Below are positions 9,746 through 18,483 of a stretch of 64,000 nt of DNA, piece after piece; positions within the stretch are counted from its first letter, which is position 1; every line of letters starts with the position of its first letter. Source of the stretch: a virus; the IMG/VR virus record IMGVR_UViG_3300035698_008372, positions 32,001 to 96,000 of that record. One strand, given 5' to 3'. Under the pieces are notes generated by a model, which made no database searches, had not been told where the DNA came from, and saw nothing but the letters and a program-made list of their open reading frames with translations. Position numbers and translations under genes: made by a program.

Positions 9746-11374
9746 ATGGGTAGAAATATGGATAGTTCAAAGTGGGAAATTAGAAAATGCAAAATGTGCA
9801 GTAATGAATTTAAAGTGTATAAAATACAGAAAAAGACGATGTGTTCATCAGATTGCCGTAAAAAATGGAATTTATTGCCTAAAAATATAGAACATAAACG
9901 AAAAAAATCTATTGAATCGCAAATGGAAAAATATGGAAAATTATTTTACCAGACTGAAGAATTTCAACAAAAAACGAAAAAAATCAAGTTGGAAAAGTAT
10001 GGTGATGAAAATTATGTAAATGTGGAAAAAGGTAAAAAAACCAAGTTGGAAAAGTATGGTGATGAAAATTACAATAACAGGGATAAGTTTAAAGATACGA
10101 TGATTGAAATATTCGGTGGAATAGGCCTACAAAGGCCCGATGTATTGGGGGCGGCTAAGAGGGGTATGGTTGAAAAATATGGAGTGGAATATGCATTTCA
10201 AAGTGATGATATTAAAAACAAAATAAAACGAACTAATATTGGCAAGTTTGGTAAAGAAACATATTGGGGCTCCAATGTTTATAATCAAGAAATGTATAAT
10301 AAGAAAATGGAATCGTTAATTCCGATATTGGAAGAAATGAATTTGATAATGTTATCTGATTATGGTGGTAGTAAAAAAATCGTTGATGGTCATGCCAAGC
10401 ATATTAAATATGATTTTAAATGTTTAACATGTGACATGACATTCAATTACACTACAGCCAATGGCATTGTTCCAAAATGCCCGAAATGCTATGGAACCGA
10501 TGGAGGGACGTCATTCATGGAAAGGGAATTTCAAAAATATATAAGAGAATTATTACCAAATATTGAAATATATGAAAATGATAGGACTTTATTAAATGGC
10601 AAAGAATTGGATGTGTATATTCCGACTAAAAACTTGGCATTTGAATTCGATGGTTTATACTGGCATTCTGAAACCAAAAAGGATAAAAATTATCATTTAA
10701 ATAAGACTGAAAAATGTGAGAAAAATGGTGTTAGACTTATTCATATTTTTGAAGACGAATGGGTATATAAGAATGATATAGTAAAAAATAGAATTAAGCA
10801 TATAGTTGGGATTATGGATAAAAAAATATATGCTAGAAATACCAAAATTAAGGAAATTTCTGCTAAAGAAAAGGGGAAATTTCTAAATCAATTTCATGTT
10901 CAAGGCTCTGGAAAATCTAGTATTAAATTGGGAGCTTTTCATAATGATGAACTAGTCGCGGTCATGACATTTGGAAATAATAGAATTGCTCTTGGGAATA
11001 AAAACAAAGAAGGTGAATATGAATTAATCCGATTTGCTTCTAAATATTCAATAACTGGTGGCGCCAGCAAATTGCTTTCATATTTTACCAAAAATTATAA
11101 TCCGTCCAAAATTATAAGTTATTCAGATAGAAGATGGAACACTGGATTGGTGTATGAGCGAATGGGATTTAAAAAAATATCAAATGGGACACCTGGATAT
11201 TGGTATGTGAAAAATGGCCAAAGATTTCATAGATATAATTTTAGAAAGTCACTATTATCGGAAAAATTAAAGAAATTCAATGATAGTTTAACGGAATGGG
11301 AAAATATGCAATTAAATGGCTTTGATCGAATATGGGATTGTGGCAATTTTAAGTATGAAATGAATTTAAAATAA
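9746..11374 (+). CDS. Homing-endonuclease-like protein: EKYG repeats + Zn finger + PD-(D/E)XK nuclease + C-terminal Mom/GNAT-like domain
   Basis: ELDVYIP..AFEFDGLYWHS; ELIRFAS..GGASKLL..ISYSDRRW..GLVY. Confidence 0.7.
   Translation: MGRNMDSSKWEIRKCKMCSNEFKVYKIQKKTMCSSDCRKKWNLLPKNIEHKRKKSIESQMEKYGKLFYQTEEFQQKTKKIKLEKYGDENYVNVEKGKKTKLEKYGDENYNNRDKFKDTMIEIFGGIGLQRPDVLGAAKRGMVEKYGVEYAFQSDDIKNKIKRTNIGKFGKETYWGSNVYNQEMYNKKMESLIPILEEMNLIMLSDYGGSKKIVDGHAKHIKYDFKCLTCDMTFNYTTANGIVPKCPKCYGTDGGTSFMEREFQKYIRELLPNIEIYENDRTLLNGKELDVYIPTKNLAFEFDGLYWHSETKKDKNYHLNKTEKCEKNGVRLIHIFEDEWVYKNDIVKNRIKHIVGIMDKKIYARNTKIKEISAKEKGKFLNQFHVQGSGKSSIKLGAFHNDELVAVMTFGNNRIALGNKNKEGEYELIRFASKYSITGGASKLLSYFTKNYNPSKIISYSDRRWNTGLVYERMGFKKISNGTPGYWYVKNGQRFHRYNFRKSLLSEKLKKFNDSLTEWENMQLNGFDRIWDCGNFKYEMNLK
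9985..10071 (+). repeat. Intragenic 30-nt direct repeat (KLEKYGDENY x2, 57-nt period)
   Basis: caagttggaaaagtatggtgatgaaaatta at 9985 and 10042. Confidence 0.85.
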
Positions 11375-11377
11375 ATA

Positions 11378-11420
11378 AAAATAACGCTTGACTTTGTCAT
11401 TATTATCTTGTATCTTCAAG
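11378..11420 (+). promoter_or_regulatory. Early promoter copy
   Basis: TTGACT 11388, TATCTT 11411. Confidence 0.85.
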
Positions 11421-11442
11421 TACGAAAAGAAAAGGAATATAC

Positions 11443-13365
11443 ATGAATCAAAGTGAACGCAGAACACAATTAGTTATATGGAGCGATAGTTATTATAATC
11501 AAAATATCTCAATCGTTCCCGACCATATATTTGACGAAGCACAGGCTTCGTATTTTAAAGATTTTAACGACCCCGAATTACTTTCTACAATTGGTTCTCC
11601 AGTTGTAAAATCGTCCGCTTGGGAAAAAGCAACTCACAAAATTCCAATGGGTTCACTCAGTAAAGTATCAACCGAATCGGAATTTTTAAAATGGTATTCT
11701 ACAGTAACTGGACAAGTTGTTCTGTCCGAAAAGCTCGATGGAATTTCAATTGATTTGGAATATCAAGAAGGTATTTTTATCCGTGGCATCACCAGAGGTG
11801 ATGGTATTGTGGGTGAAGATATCACAGTCAATGTTAAACAGATGAAGGGATTTATTCCCCAATTGATTAACAATGATACGGTATCAGTTCGTGGTGAGAT
11901 TGTTATACTTGAAAACGATTTTGATAAAATTGTTGAACTTCAAAAATTACGTGGTGACGATCCAATCAAAAATCCTCGAAATGGGGCAGGCGGAAAAGCC
12001 CGTGACCGTGAAGGAATTTACGCTGGATATCTGACAATCAAATGTTATGATACGTCAAATACCGGACCCAAAGATGTGGAATTTAATTGGTTGGAAAGCC
12101 AAGGATTTAAGACTCCAAACTGGGGAGTATATTTTAATAGTGGCACTATTCTAGCCGTATATAATGTGTATGAAGAGGACACTCGTGCAAGTCTAGATTA
12201 TGAAATTGATGGACTTGTATTGGAAATTAACGACCCCAAAATTCGTGAAGAATTGGGATACAAAGACGGGCGTCCAAAGTTTGCAAAGGCATTCAAGTTC
12301 GCGAGTCTAAAAGCCAAAACTCAGATTGAAGGTATTGAATGGTCACTCGGCAAGAGTGGAACCATTACCCCAGTTGCATTGTTGAAGCCCGTTCACATGG
12401 GCGGTGTGACTGTACAACGTGCAAGTCTGGCTAATCTAGCTCGTTTCGAAGAAATGGGATTGCACATTCATGATGAGGTTGTTGTGTCTAGGCGGGGTGA
12501 TGTGATTCCATATATTGAATCCATTTCTAGACCTATGAGGGGTGACAAATTCAAAGCACCCGAGCGCTGTCCAACCTGTGACAAACTCGTTATCAAAGAT
12601 GACAAGTTCCTTAGATGTATCAACCCAACATGTTCGGGAGCAATCATCGGTGGAATTATCAAATGGATTAACAAATCCGATATGTCTGGTGATGGACTTG
12701 GGGGATCAACCATTGAAAAATTAGTTGATTTGGGATTTGTGAACACTCCGGCAGACTTATACAAATTGTCGGTAAATGACTTTCTAACATTACCAGGATT
12801 CGCTACACGATCGGCAAACAAAATGCACGACATTATTCAGAGCCACAAAACGATTTCATTAGCTGATTTCGTGGGTGGGTTGAACTTGGGACACTTTGGT
12901 TCATCATTGACTAAATTATTGATAGATGCGGGATATGATTCACTTGAAAAGCTACAAAATTTAGCAGTATGGGATATCATGGGAGTCCCAGGATTCGGCA
13001 AATCACGGGCACAAGATTTTGTTTCAAGCCTATCGAATAAAAAGAGTGTGGTCGATGATTTACTATTATATGTGTCTATAGAGAAGGATGCACCAAAAAT
13101 GGTTGCAGATTCAAATGGATTAAACGGAATGAGCTTTTGTTTCACAGGTGCTATCCACAAAATCGGTGAAGATGGAAAACGCCTGACTCGTAAAGATATG
13201 GAAAAATTGGTATTGATGAACGGAGGAGATACTTCCAATGTCAAGAAAGGACTTACATATCTTGTACAGGCCGACCCCGATAGTGTGAGTTCCAAAACAA
13301 TCAAAGCTTCAAAATTCGGAGTTGAAATTCTGAGTGAATCTAAATTTTTCGAAATGATTGATTAA
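11443..13365 (+). CDS. ligA: NAD-dependent DNA ligase
   Basis: EKLDG, VRGE, NPRN, IDGLV, OB fold, C4 Zn finger, HhH, BRCT. Confidence 0.95.
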   Translation: MNQSERRTQLVIWSDSYYNQNISIVPDHIFDEAQASYFKDFNDPELLSTIGSPVVKSSAWEKATHKIPMGSLSKVSTESEFLKWYSTVTGQVVLSEKLDGISIDLEYQEGIFIRGITRGDGIVGEDITVNVKQMKGFIPQLINNDTVSVRGEIVILENDFDKIVELQKLRGDDPIKNPRNGAGGKARDREGIYAGYLTIKCYDTSNTGPKDVEFNWLESQGFKTPNWGVYFNSGTILAVYNVYEEDTRASLDYEIDGLVLEINDPKIREELGYKDGRPKFAKAFKFASLKAKTQIEGIEWSLGKSGTITPVALLKPVHMGGVTVQRASLANLARFEEMGLHIHDEVVVSRRGDVIPYIESISRPMRGDKFKAPERCPTCDKLVIKDDKFLRCINPTCSGAIIGGIIKWINKSDMSGDGLGGSTIEKLVDLGFVNTPADLYKLSVNDFLTLPGFATRSANKMHDIIQSHKTISLADFVGGLNLGHFGSSLTKLLIDAGYDSLEKLQNLAVWDIMGVPGFGKSRAQDFVSSLSNKKSVVDDLLLYVSIEKDAPKMVADSNGLNGMSFCFTGAIHKIGEDGKRLTRKDMEKLVLMNGGDTSNVKKGLTYLVQADPDSVSSKTIKASKFGVEILSESKFFEMID

Positions 13366-13388
13366 GATTTTCAAACAACACCCTACAG

Positions 13389-13413
13389 AGCCCCATTTAT
13401 TGGGGCTTTTTTT
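13389..13413 (+). terminator. Intrinsic terminator
   Basis: AGCCCCA-tttat-TGGGGCT + T-run. Confidence 0.8.
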
Positions 13414-13423
13414 GCGAAAAGCG

Positions 13424-13470
13424 AAAATAACGGTTGACTTTGTCGTTTTTATCTTGTATCTTCAGGTATG
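13424..13470 (+). promoter_or_regulatory. Early promoter copy
   Basis: TTGACT 13434, TATCTT 13457. Confidence 0.85.
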
Positions 13471-13956
13471 ATAAGAAAAGGAAACAAAATGTATTCAGTT
13501 AAAAATGTAAAAACATTTCCAGGTCATGATGACGGATTGGGAATGAATTGTAATTTGTATAAGAACAACAAAAAGGTGGCCACAGTTCACGATGACGCGT
13601 GGGGAGGGGCATTTCATTTCAATTGGGTCAATAACACCGAATCGGATATTTTGGATAACTATTTAGAAACATTTCCAAAATATTTCTTTATTGATGAAAT
13701 GCATACTCATACCCAAGATACATTTGTAGACAAATTGGTCATGAATGTATTGATCGGGAAAGAGGCCAAAGTGGCATTGAGAAAACGATTTATCCTTATT
13801 ACGGATGAGGGAAACTTCTTACAATTTAAGAAAAATGGTTGTACCCTTGAATCGTTTGGAACGTATATCGACGAATCAAAGCAGTATAATGGTGAAGTTG
13901 CAAACCTAATGGATTTCGATAAGTTTTTAGAATTATATAAGGAATATATCAAATGA
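13468..13956 (+). CDS. Early hypothetical protein (SD-led start 13489; TGA stop in ATGA overlap)
   Basis: ORF after promoter. Confidence 0.75.
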   Translation: MIRKGNKMYSVKNVKTFPGHDDGLGMNCNLYKNNKKVATVHDDAWGGAFHFNWVNNTESDILDNYLETFPKYFFIDEMHTHTQDTFVDKLVMNVLIGKEAKVALRKRFILITDEGNFLQFKKNGCTLESFGTYIDESKQYNGEVANLMDFDKFLELYKEYIK

Positions 13957-14219
13957 GAAATGTAAAATTTACTCAAAAAGAATGGGTTGAATTGTACCCA
14001 TTATATACACATGGCATTAAGGCTACTGGAGATTGGGTAGAAGGTATTCAGTACATTGAAGAAATGTTGACTGATAGACAATACAATTTCCTAATGGGGT
14101 TCGCTATGTGGATTGTAGCTGGCGGGGTTGAAGATTTTTATGGTCAGGAAATGGAAGTACGTGCCTTTGGTAGTGGTAACTATATCCAACGATTTCAAGA
14201 ATACAAGAGTGGGGTATAA
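13953..14219 (+). CDS. Early hypothetical protein
   Basis: ATGA-coupled ORF. Confidence 0.65.
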   Translation: MRNVKFTQKEWVELYPLYTHGIKATGDWVEGIQYIEEMLTDRQYNFLMGFAMWIVAGGVEDFYGQEMEVRAFGSGNYIQRFQEYKSGV

Positions 14220-14220
14220 T

Positions 14221-14529
14221 ATGTCGGTACATAGTGATAGACTTGCACAATTTCTGGATGTATCATACAGTGGTCGTAAACTTTTGAAACACCATAATTT
14301 GGATGAATATGGTACGTGGCATGTTAGAGGTGAAGACCCCAATTGCGATATGGGTGGTCCTCATCACATGCCCGATCTTGGGTATTTTAAGGGGACACTT
14401 GAAGAAGTCATAAATCGTGCTGTCGACCTTCCGCGATTTTGGTCATGGGGAGGTGGTGGTGATATTTCAAAAGTGGTTGATAATGTAGTAACCACACTTT
14501 CGGAGCCGGCCGATGAAATGGAACAATAG
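14221..14529 (+). CDS. Early hypothetical protein
   Basis: GEDPNCDMGGPHH motif seen in phage proteins. Confidence 0.65.
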   Translation: MSVHSDRLAQFLDVSYSGRKLLKHHNLDEYGTWHVRGEDPNCDMGGPHHMPDLGYFKGTLEEVINRAVDLPRFWSWGGGGDISKVVDNVVTTLSEPADEMEQ

Positions 14530-14558
14530 GATTAAGTTGAAAATAAACGTCAAAGTTG

Positions 14559-14605
14559 AAAATAACGCTTGACTTCGTCATTATTTCGTCGTATATTCAG
14601 GTATG
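14559..14605 (+). promoter_or_regulatory. Early promoter copy (variant)
   Basis: TTGACT 14569, TATATT 14592. Confidence 0.75.
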
Positions 14606-14788
14606 AAAGAAAAGGATAACCAAATGAGCAAGACTTTAAAAGATTTACAGGCAGAGAAAAGACAATTATTAGTAAAATTCGATAGAATCTGCAGTATGCA
14701 TTCGGGAGCGGATCATAGGGTTCAGAATATGTTGGTATTAATCAGAGAAAATAAAAGGGCAATCGCCAAAATGGGGGAAACCAAATAA
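14603..14788 (+). CDS. Small early protein
   Basis: ORF after promoter; SD-led start 14624. Confidence 0.6.
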   Translation: MKEKDNQMSKTLKDLQAEKRQLLVKFDRICSMHSGADHRVQNMLVLIRENKRAIAKMGETK

Positions 14789-14925
14789 TGACTATAGGCA
14801 AAGGAATCGCGTTTGGGTCACTATTTTTCTCGGTGGCACTGATTTGCATATTCGCACCGGCCGCGAGCTTCATCGCAATAGTTCTGGGGGTTATTGGGTC
14901 CATGTCAATCGCTGAGGCCGATTAA
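14788..14925 (+). CDS. 45-aa membrane peptide
   Basis: TAATG-coupled, two hydrophobic stretches. Confidence 0.5.
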   Translation: MTIGKGIAFGSLFFSVALICIFAPAASFIAIVLGVIGSMSIAEAD

Positions 14926-15009
14926 TGCCCGAGTTGCTTGTAATAATGGGTGAAGCGATTCTGCTATTCTTATTTTTGGAATAATGATTTATAAACGAGT
15001 ACAAAGATA

Positions 15010-15110
15010 AAATTTTAGGGGGGCGTTGGTTACTCACCTACCACAGCCGGCGTCACCCCGCACCATTACAAAAACCCCCTCCTTTCTTATCACCTCTGGG
15101 GGTTTTTTCT
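15010..15110 (+). ncRNA. Candidate two-hairpin small RNA with anti-SD loops, ending in a terminator
   Basis: GC-rich hairpins 15018-15059 and 15070-15107; loop TCCTTTCTTATCACCTCT. Confidence 0.5.
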
Positions 15111-15122
15111 TTGCCGCATTGC

Positions 15123-15169
15123 AAAATAACGGTTGACTTTGTCAGTATAATCTTGTATCTTCAGGTATG
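15123..15169 (+). promoter_or_regulatory. Early promoter copy
   Basis: TTGACT 15133, TATCTT 15156. Confidence 0.85.
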
Positions 15170-15379
15170 ATAAGAAAAGGAAAACAAATGACAAATTTAC
15201 CATACACTTTTGATTTATTTTGGGATATCAAAGATACCGAAACACTTACAAGAGAGCTCAATTGGGCTATTGAAAAAGTTGGTGATATGATTGAGGCAAT
15301 GGAAGGTCATAAAATTGAAATGGCCCCTGACACCATCGAAAAATTGGACAAATTAAAAAAAATATTGGAGATCAAATAA
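15167..15379 (+). CDS. Small early protein
   Basis: ORF after promoter; SD-led start 15188. Confidence 0.65.
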   Translation: MIRKGKQMTNLPYTFDLFWDIKDTETLTRELNWAIEKVGDMIEAMEGHKIEMAPDTIEKLDKLKKILEIK

Positions 15380-15585
15380 TGAGTGAGCGAGAATTCGTTT
15401 TAAGAGACGAAACAGGTGATAGGGATACTATTCTATTGATAACCCCAGATACTTGGACATTGAAAGTCGTTCAAGATTACATCAGTGGGTCAGATTATAG
15501 TGTATATGAATTTTCATATTGGTCTACTAAAATGGTCAATGATAATACATTGATTATGACAATTGAAGATTGGGAAAATAGGTAA
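15379..15585 (+). CDS. Small early protein
   Basis: Coupled ORF with GGAG SD. Confidence 0.6.
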   Translation: MSEREFVLRDETGDRDTILLITPDTWTLKVVQDYISGSDYSVYEFSYWSTKMVNDNTLIMTIEDWENR

Positions 15586-15586
15586 A

Positions 15587-15895
15587 ATGAAATATCTAGT
15601 ACGACCCCGTGATTTCCACATATACGAATTGGATGAATCCAATGGATGTTATAGATCGTATTCATGTAGAAGTGTAACATATTCAGATGGTACACGACCA
15701 AATGCCCAATCACATTTTACATTTGAAAATTTAACGGAAAATTATGATTTTATCAGTATTGATAATTCGGAACTTCCGGCCTATGAAGAAAAGCATCAAT
15801 TGTATTTGGACTATACATCATGGGCAACAAGATCAGATGGTCATGGTGGTTCAAAGGGTGGCACAATGGGAGAATATTTAAGGCGGAGAAAATGA
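15587..15895 (+). CDS. Early hypothetical protein (TGA stop)
   Basis: ORF in early operon. Confidence 0.6.
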   Translation: MKYLVRPRDFHIYELDESNGCYRSYSCRSVTYSDGTRPNAQSHFTFENLTENYDFISIDNSELPAYEEKHQLYLDYTSWATRSDGHGGSKGGTMGEYLRRRK

Positions 15896-16032
15896 GAAAA
15901 AAATAAAAGCGTCAATCCTATTTTCGTTTATAATGGTGTTACTGCTCCAATATGTCACTAGTGGATTGTTATGGCTATGTTGGGGAGCGGCCCTATTTTT
16001 GGGCCAATTGATGATTTGGGAAGAATTATAAA

Positions 16033-16230
16033 ATGAATACTGTAAAGACTGCAAACGGCATTAGGGAAATCGTACCGGTATATTGTGAATGGACTGGAAA
16101 ACAATTGTGTTGGGCAACCGTACCCGAATGTCCAATAATGGAAGGTGCAACACCGGCGTATCTTAGTTTTAAAGTTGTTGATACCGACGGTAAGGTATTA
16201 ATGGATTTATCGGATTGTCATACATTCTAA
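16033..16230 (+). CDS. Small hypothetical protein
   Basis: ORF before terminator. Confidence 0.5.
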   Translation: MNTVKTANGIREIVPVYCEWTGKQLCWATVPECPIMEGATPAYLSFKVVDTDGKVLMDLSDCHTF

Positions 16231-16252
16231 AGCGTTTCATCTAACTACACTT

Positions 16253-16279
16253 AGGGCTCTCTATTGAGGGCCTTTTTTG
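16253..16279 (+). terminator. Intrinsic terminator
   Basis: AGGGCTCTC..GAGGGCCT + T-run. Confidence 0.75.
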
Positions 16280-16401
16280 TGTCCAATAATAAAACTACTA
16301 AAAAACTCATAGGAAAAAAAACATGAAAACGGGCCGTTTTTTAAGTTTATGATATTTATATACGAATAAAGATATTTTAAATTTAAACAAGGAGAATACA
16401 G

Positions 16402-16893
16402 ATGGCCGATTTGATTGATGCTTCTGAGATTTTTTTCACCCCATTCGAACCAAAGGTTAAAAACAGATATATAATGTATATCGAAGGAATCCCTGCATAT
16501 CTTATTAAGACCGCAGCAAGACCTTCAATCACGTTTGAAGAGATTGAATTAAATCATATAAATGTAAAACGATATGTAAAGGGCAAGGGTTCATGGGAAC
16601 CTTTGGATATTACTCTTTACGATCCAGTAGTTCCATCAGCTGCACAAGCGTGCATGGAATGGGTTCGTTTAGGACATGAATCTGTGACTGGCCGTGATGG
16701 TTATTCGGATTTTTACAAAAAAGATATTACCATTAATGTACTAGGACCCGTGGGCGACAAAGTCGAGGAGTGGACGCTAAAGGGAGCGTGGATTACCAAT
16801 TTCAATGGTAATGATTTAGACTGGGCATCCGGAGCTGACGCGATGGAAATTAGTCTGAGCCTTCGCTACGATTATGCAATTTTACAATACTAG
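16402..16893 (+). CDS. Tail tube protein (gp19-like)
   Basis: FEPKVKNRY, WEPLDITLYDP, EEWTLKGAW, LRYDYA. Confidence 0.92.
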   Translation: MADLIDASEIFFTPFEPKVKNRYIMYIEGIPAYLIKTAARPSITFEEIELNHINVKRYVKGKGSWEPLDITLYDPVVPSAAQACMEWVRLGHESVTGRDGYSDFYKKDITINVLGPVGDKVEEWTLKGAWITNFNGNDLDWASGADAMEISLSLRYDYAILQY

Positions 16894-16902
16894 GAGATAC
16901 TC

Positions 16903-17091
16903 GTGGAACTAAAAAATAGAAAATTGACTGTAGCCGCGGTAGTATTTGCCGTGGCATCACTCATGCTATGGGGTGGGGCATTAACCGCTGTATTATGGGT
17001 GGAATTGGTAAAATGGATTCTAATCACATTTGCCGGTGGTAATGGATTTGAACACGCGGCTAGTGCATATAAAGCTAAAGCTGGAGAATAA
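16903..17091 (+). CDS. Small two-TM protein, holin-like
   Basis: RKL + two TM helices + GGN. Confidence 0.55.
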   Translation: MELKNRKLTVAAVVFAVASLMLWGGALTAVLWVELVKWILITFAGGNGFEHAASAYKAKAGE

Positions 17092-17099
17092 CAACATTA

Positions 17100-17134
17100 T
17101 GGGCACTCGATATCTAATTTGGGTGCCCTTTTTA
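17100..17134 (+). terminator. Intrinsic terminator
   Basis: GGGCAC...GTGCCC + T-run. Confidence 0.7.
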
Positions 17135-17199
17135 AAATAATTTAATAAAGGTTTTTAACCAAAAACAAAAACAACGTAAGAAAACAAAGAGGAGTTATT

Positions 17200-17976
17200 A
17201 TGAGCGAAGAAATGAAATTTCCGAGTGAAATTGTTTCATTGCCGTCCAAGGGATTTTTCTATCCAGAAGATAGTCCATTGGCCAAAGGTGAATTAGAGAT
17301 GCGGTATATGACCGCTAAGGATGAAGATATTCTAACATCCCAAAATTTAATAAGAAGGGGGGTGGTTATCGACAAGTTATTAAAGTCCTTAGTAGTTGAC
17401 AAATCTATTAATTTAGATTCAATGCTTATTGGAGACAAAAATGCATTGATGGTAGCGGCCCGCGTATTAGGATATGGTAAAGATTACGGCTTTGAAGTAG
17501 ACTGCCCAGCCTGTACCGAACACAATAAGGATAATGTGGATTTAACCCAATTATCCGAAAAATCCGTCAGTTTTGATGGTCTTGAAAAGGGAGTAAATGA
17601 ATTCTCTTGAACACTTCCAAATTCCAAAGTTGAAGTAAAATTTAAATTGCTCACCCAAAAGGATGAACGTGAAATCGACGAGGAATTGAAGGGTCTTAAG
17701 AAAATCTCAAAGGGCTCTGGAGCCGATAGTGATATCACCACACGCCTGAAAAAGGTGTTACTTGAAGTTAATGGAAAATCCGAAAGGTCTTATATTAATG
17801 CATTTGTGGATACCAGCTTCCTAGCAGTGGATTCACTACCATTCAGAGAGCATCTAAAGAGTATTACTCCAGATGTGGATATGACATATTACTTTGAATG
17901 CTCATCCTGTTCACATGCAGAGGAGGTATCCGTCCCAATGACGGTTCAGTTTTTTTGGCCTTCCTCCAGAGTATAG
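17200..17976 (+). CDS. Baseplate hub assembly / tail assembly chaperone (gp26-like); in-frame TGA at 17608
   Basis: LPSKG, MTAKDEDIL, two CxxC, FFWP end; ORFs 17200 and 17647 in frame. Confidence 0.85.
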
Positions 17977-18181
17977 GGTAACCGTACACGAGGAAATATA
18001 CACACTTTGTTATCATGGAAACGGCGGGTTCAATCATACCGAGGTATATCACATGCCAGTATGGCTCCGCCGTTTCTATATCAAAATGATACAAAAATCC
18101 CTTAAAGAAGAACAGGATGCATACGATGCATCCCAAGGTAAAAATAAGGGAATGGCCCGCGGTCCACAACTGAAAACTTAG
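17951..18181 (+). CDS. Frameshift-dependent C-terminal extension of the chaperone
   Basis: Start-less frame FFGLPPEYR...MPVWLRRFYI entered at a T7 run. Confidence 0.65.
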   Translation, partial: FFGLPPEYRVTVHEEIYTLCYHGNGGFNHTEVYHMPVWLRRFYIKMIQKSLKEEQDAYDASQGKNKGMARGPQLKT

Positions 18182-18235
18182 GAATTTGATATTTATATGC
18201 GGACAATCACATAAACAAAATCACGGAGATGCAAA

Positions 18236-18463
18236 ATGGGAATAATGGATATGCTAGATGATTTCTTATCTTTTTTACTTAGAAATGATAAGAAAGGCGC
18301 ACAAAAATATATAGAAAATCATCCAGAAATAAAAAAACATAAAAAGGAATTGAAGAAGGCTATAAAAGATGCCAATGACGCGTGGGACAAGGTGGATTTT
18401 TCCCAGCTTGAAAATGTTGTTACAAAAAAAGAATTCATGTCTGAGCATTTCAAACGAAAATAA
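18236..18463 (+). CDS. Small hypothetical protein
   Basis: GGAG SD; precedes tape measure. Confidence 0.65.
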   Translation: MGIMDMLDDFLSFLLRNDKKGAQKYIENHPEIKKHKKELKKAIKDANDAWDKVDFSQLENVVTKKEFMSEHFKRK

Positions 18464-18483
18464 ATTAATTAGGATCAACTAAA

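Noticed and set aside
15892-16031. Membrane-protein ORF broken in an A7 run, as programmed slippage
   Set aside because: Single homopolymer case with no other support; a sequencing indel or pseudogene is equally likely
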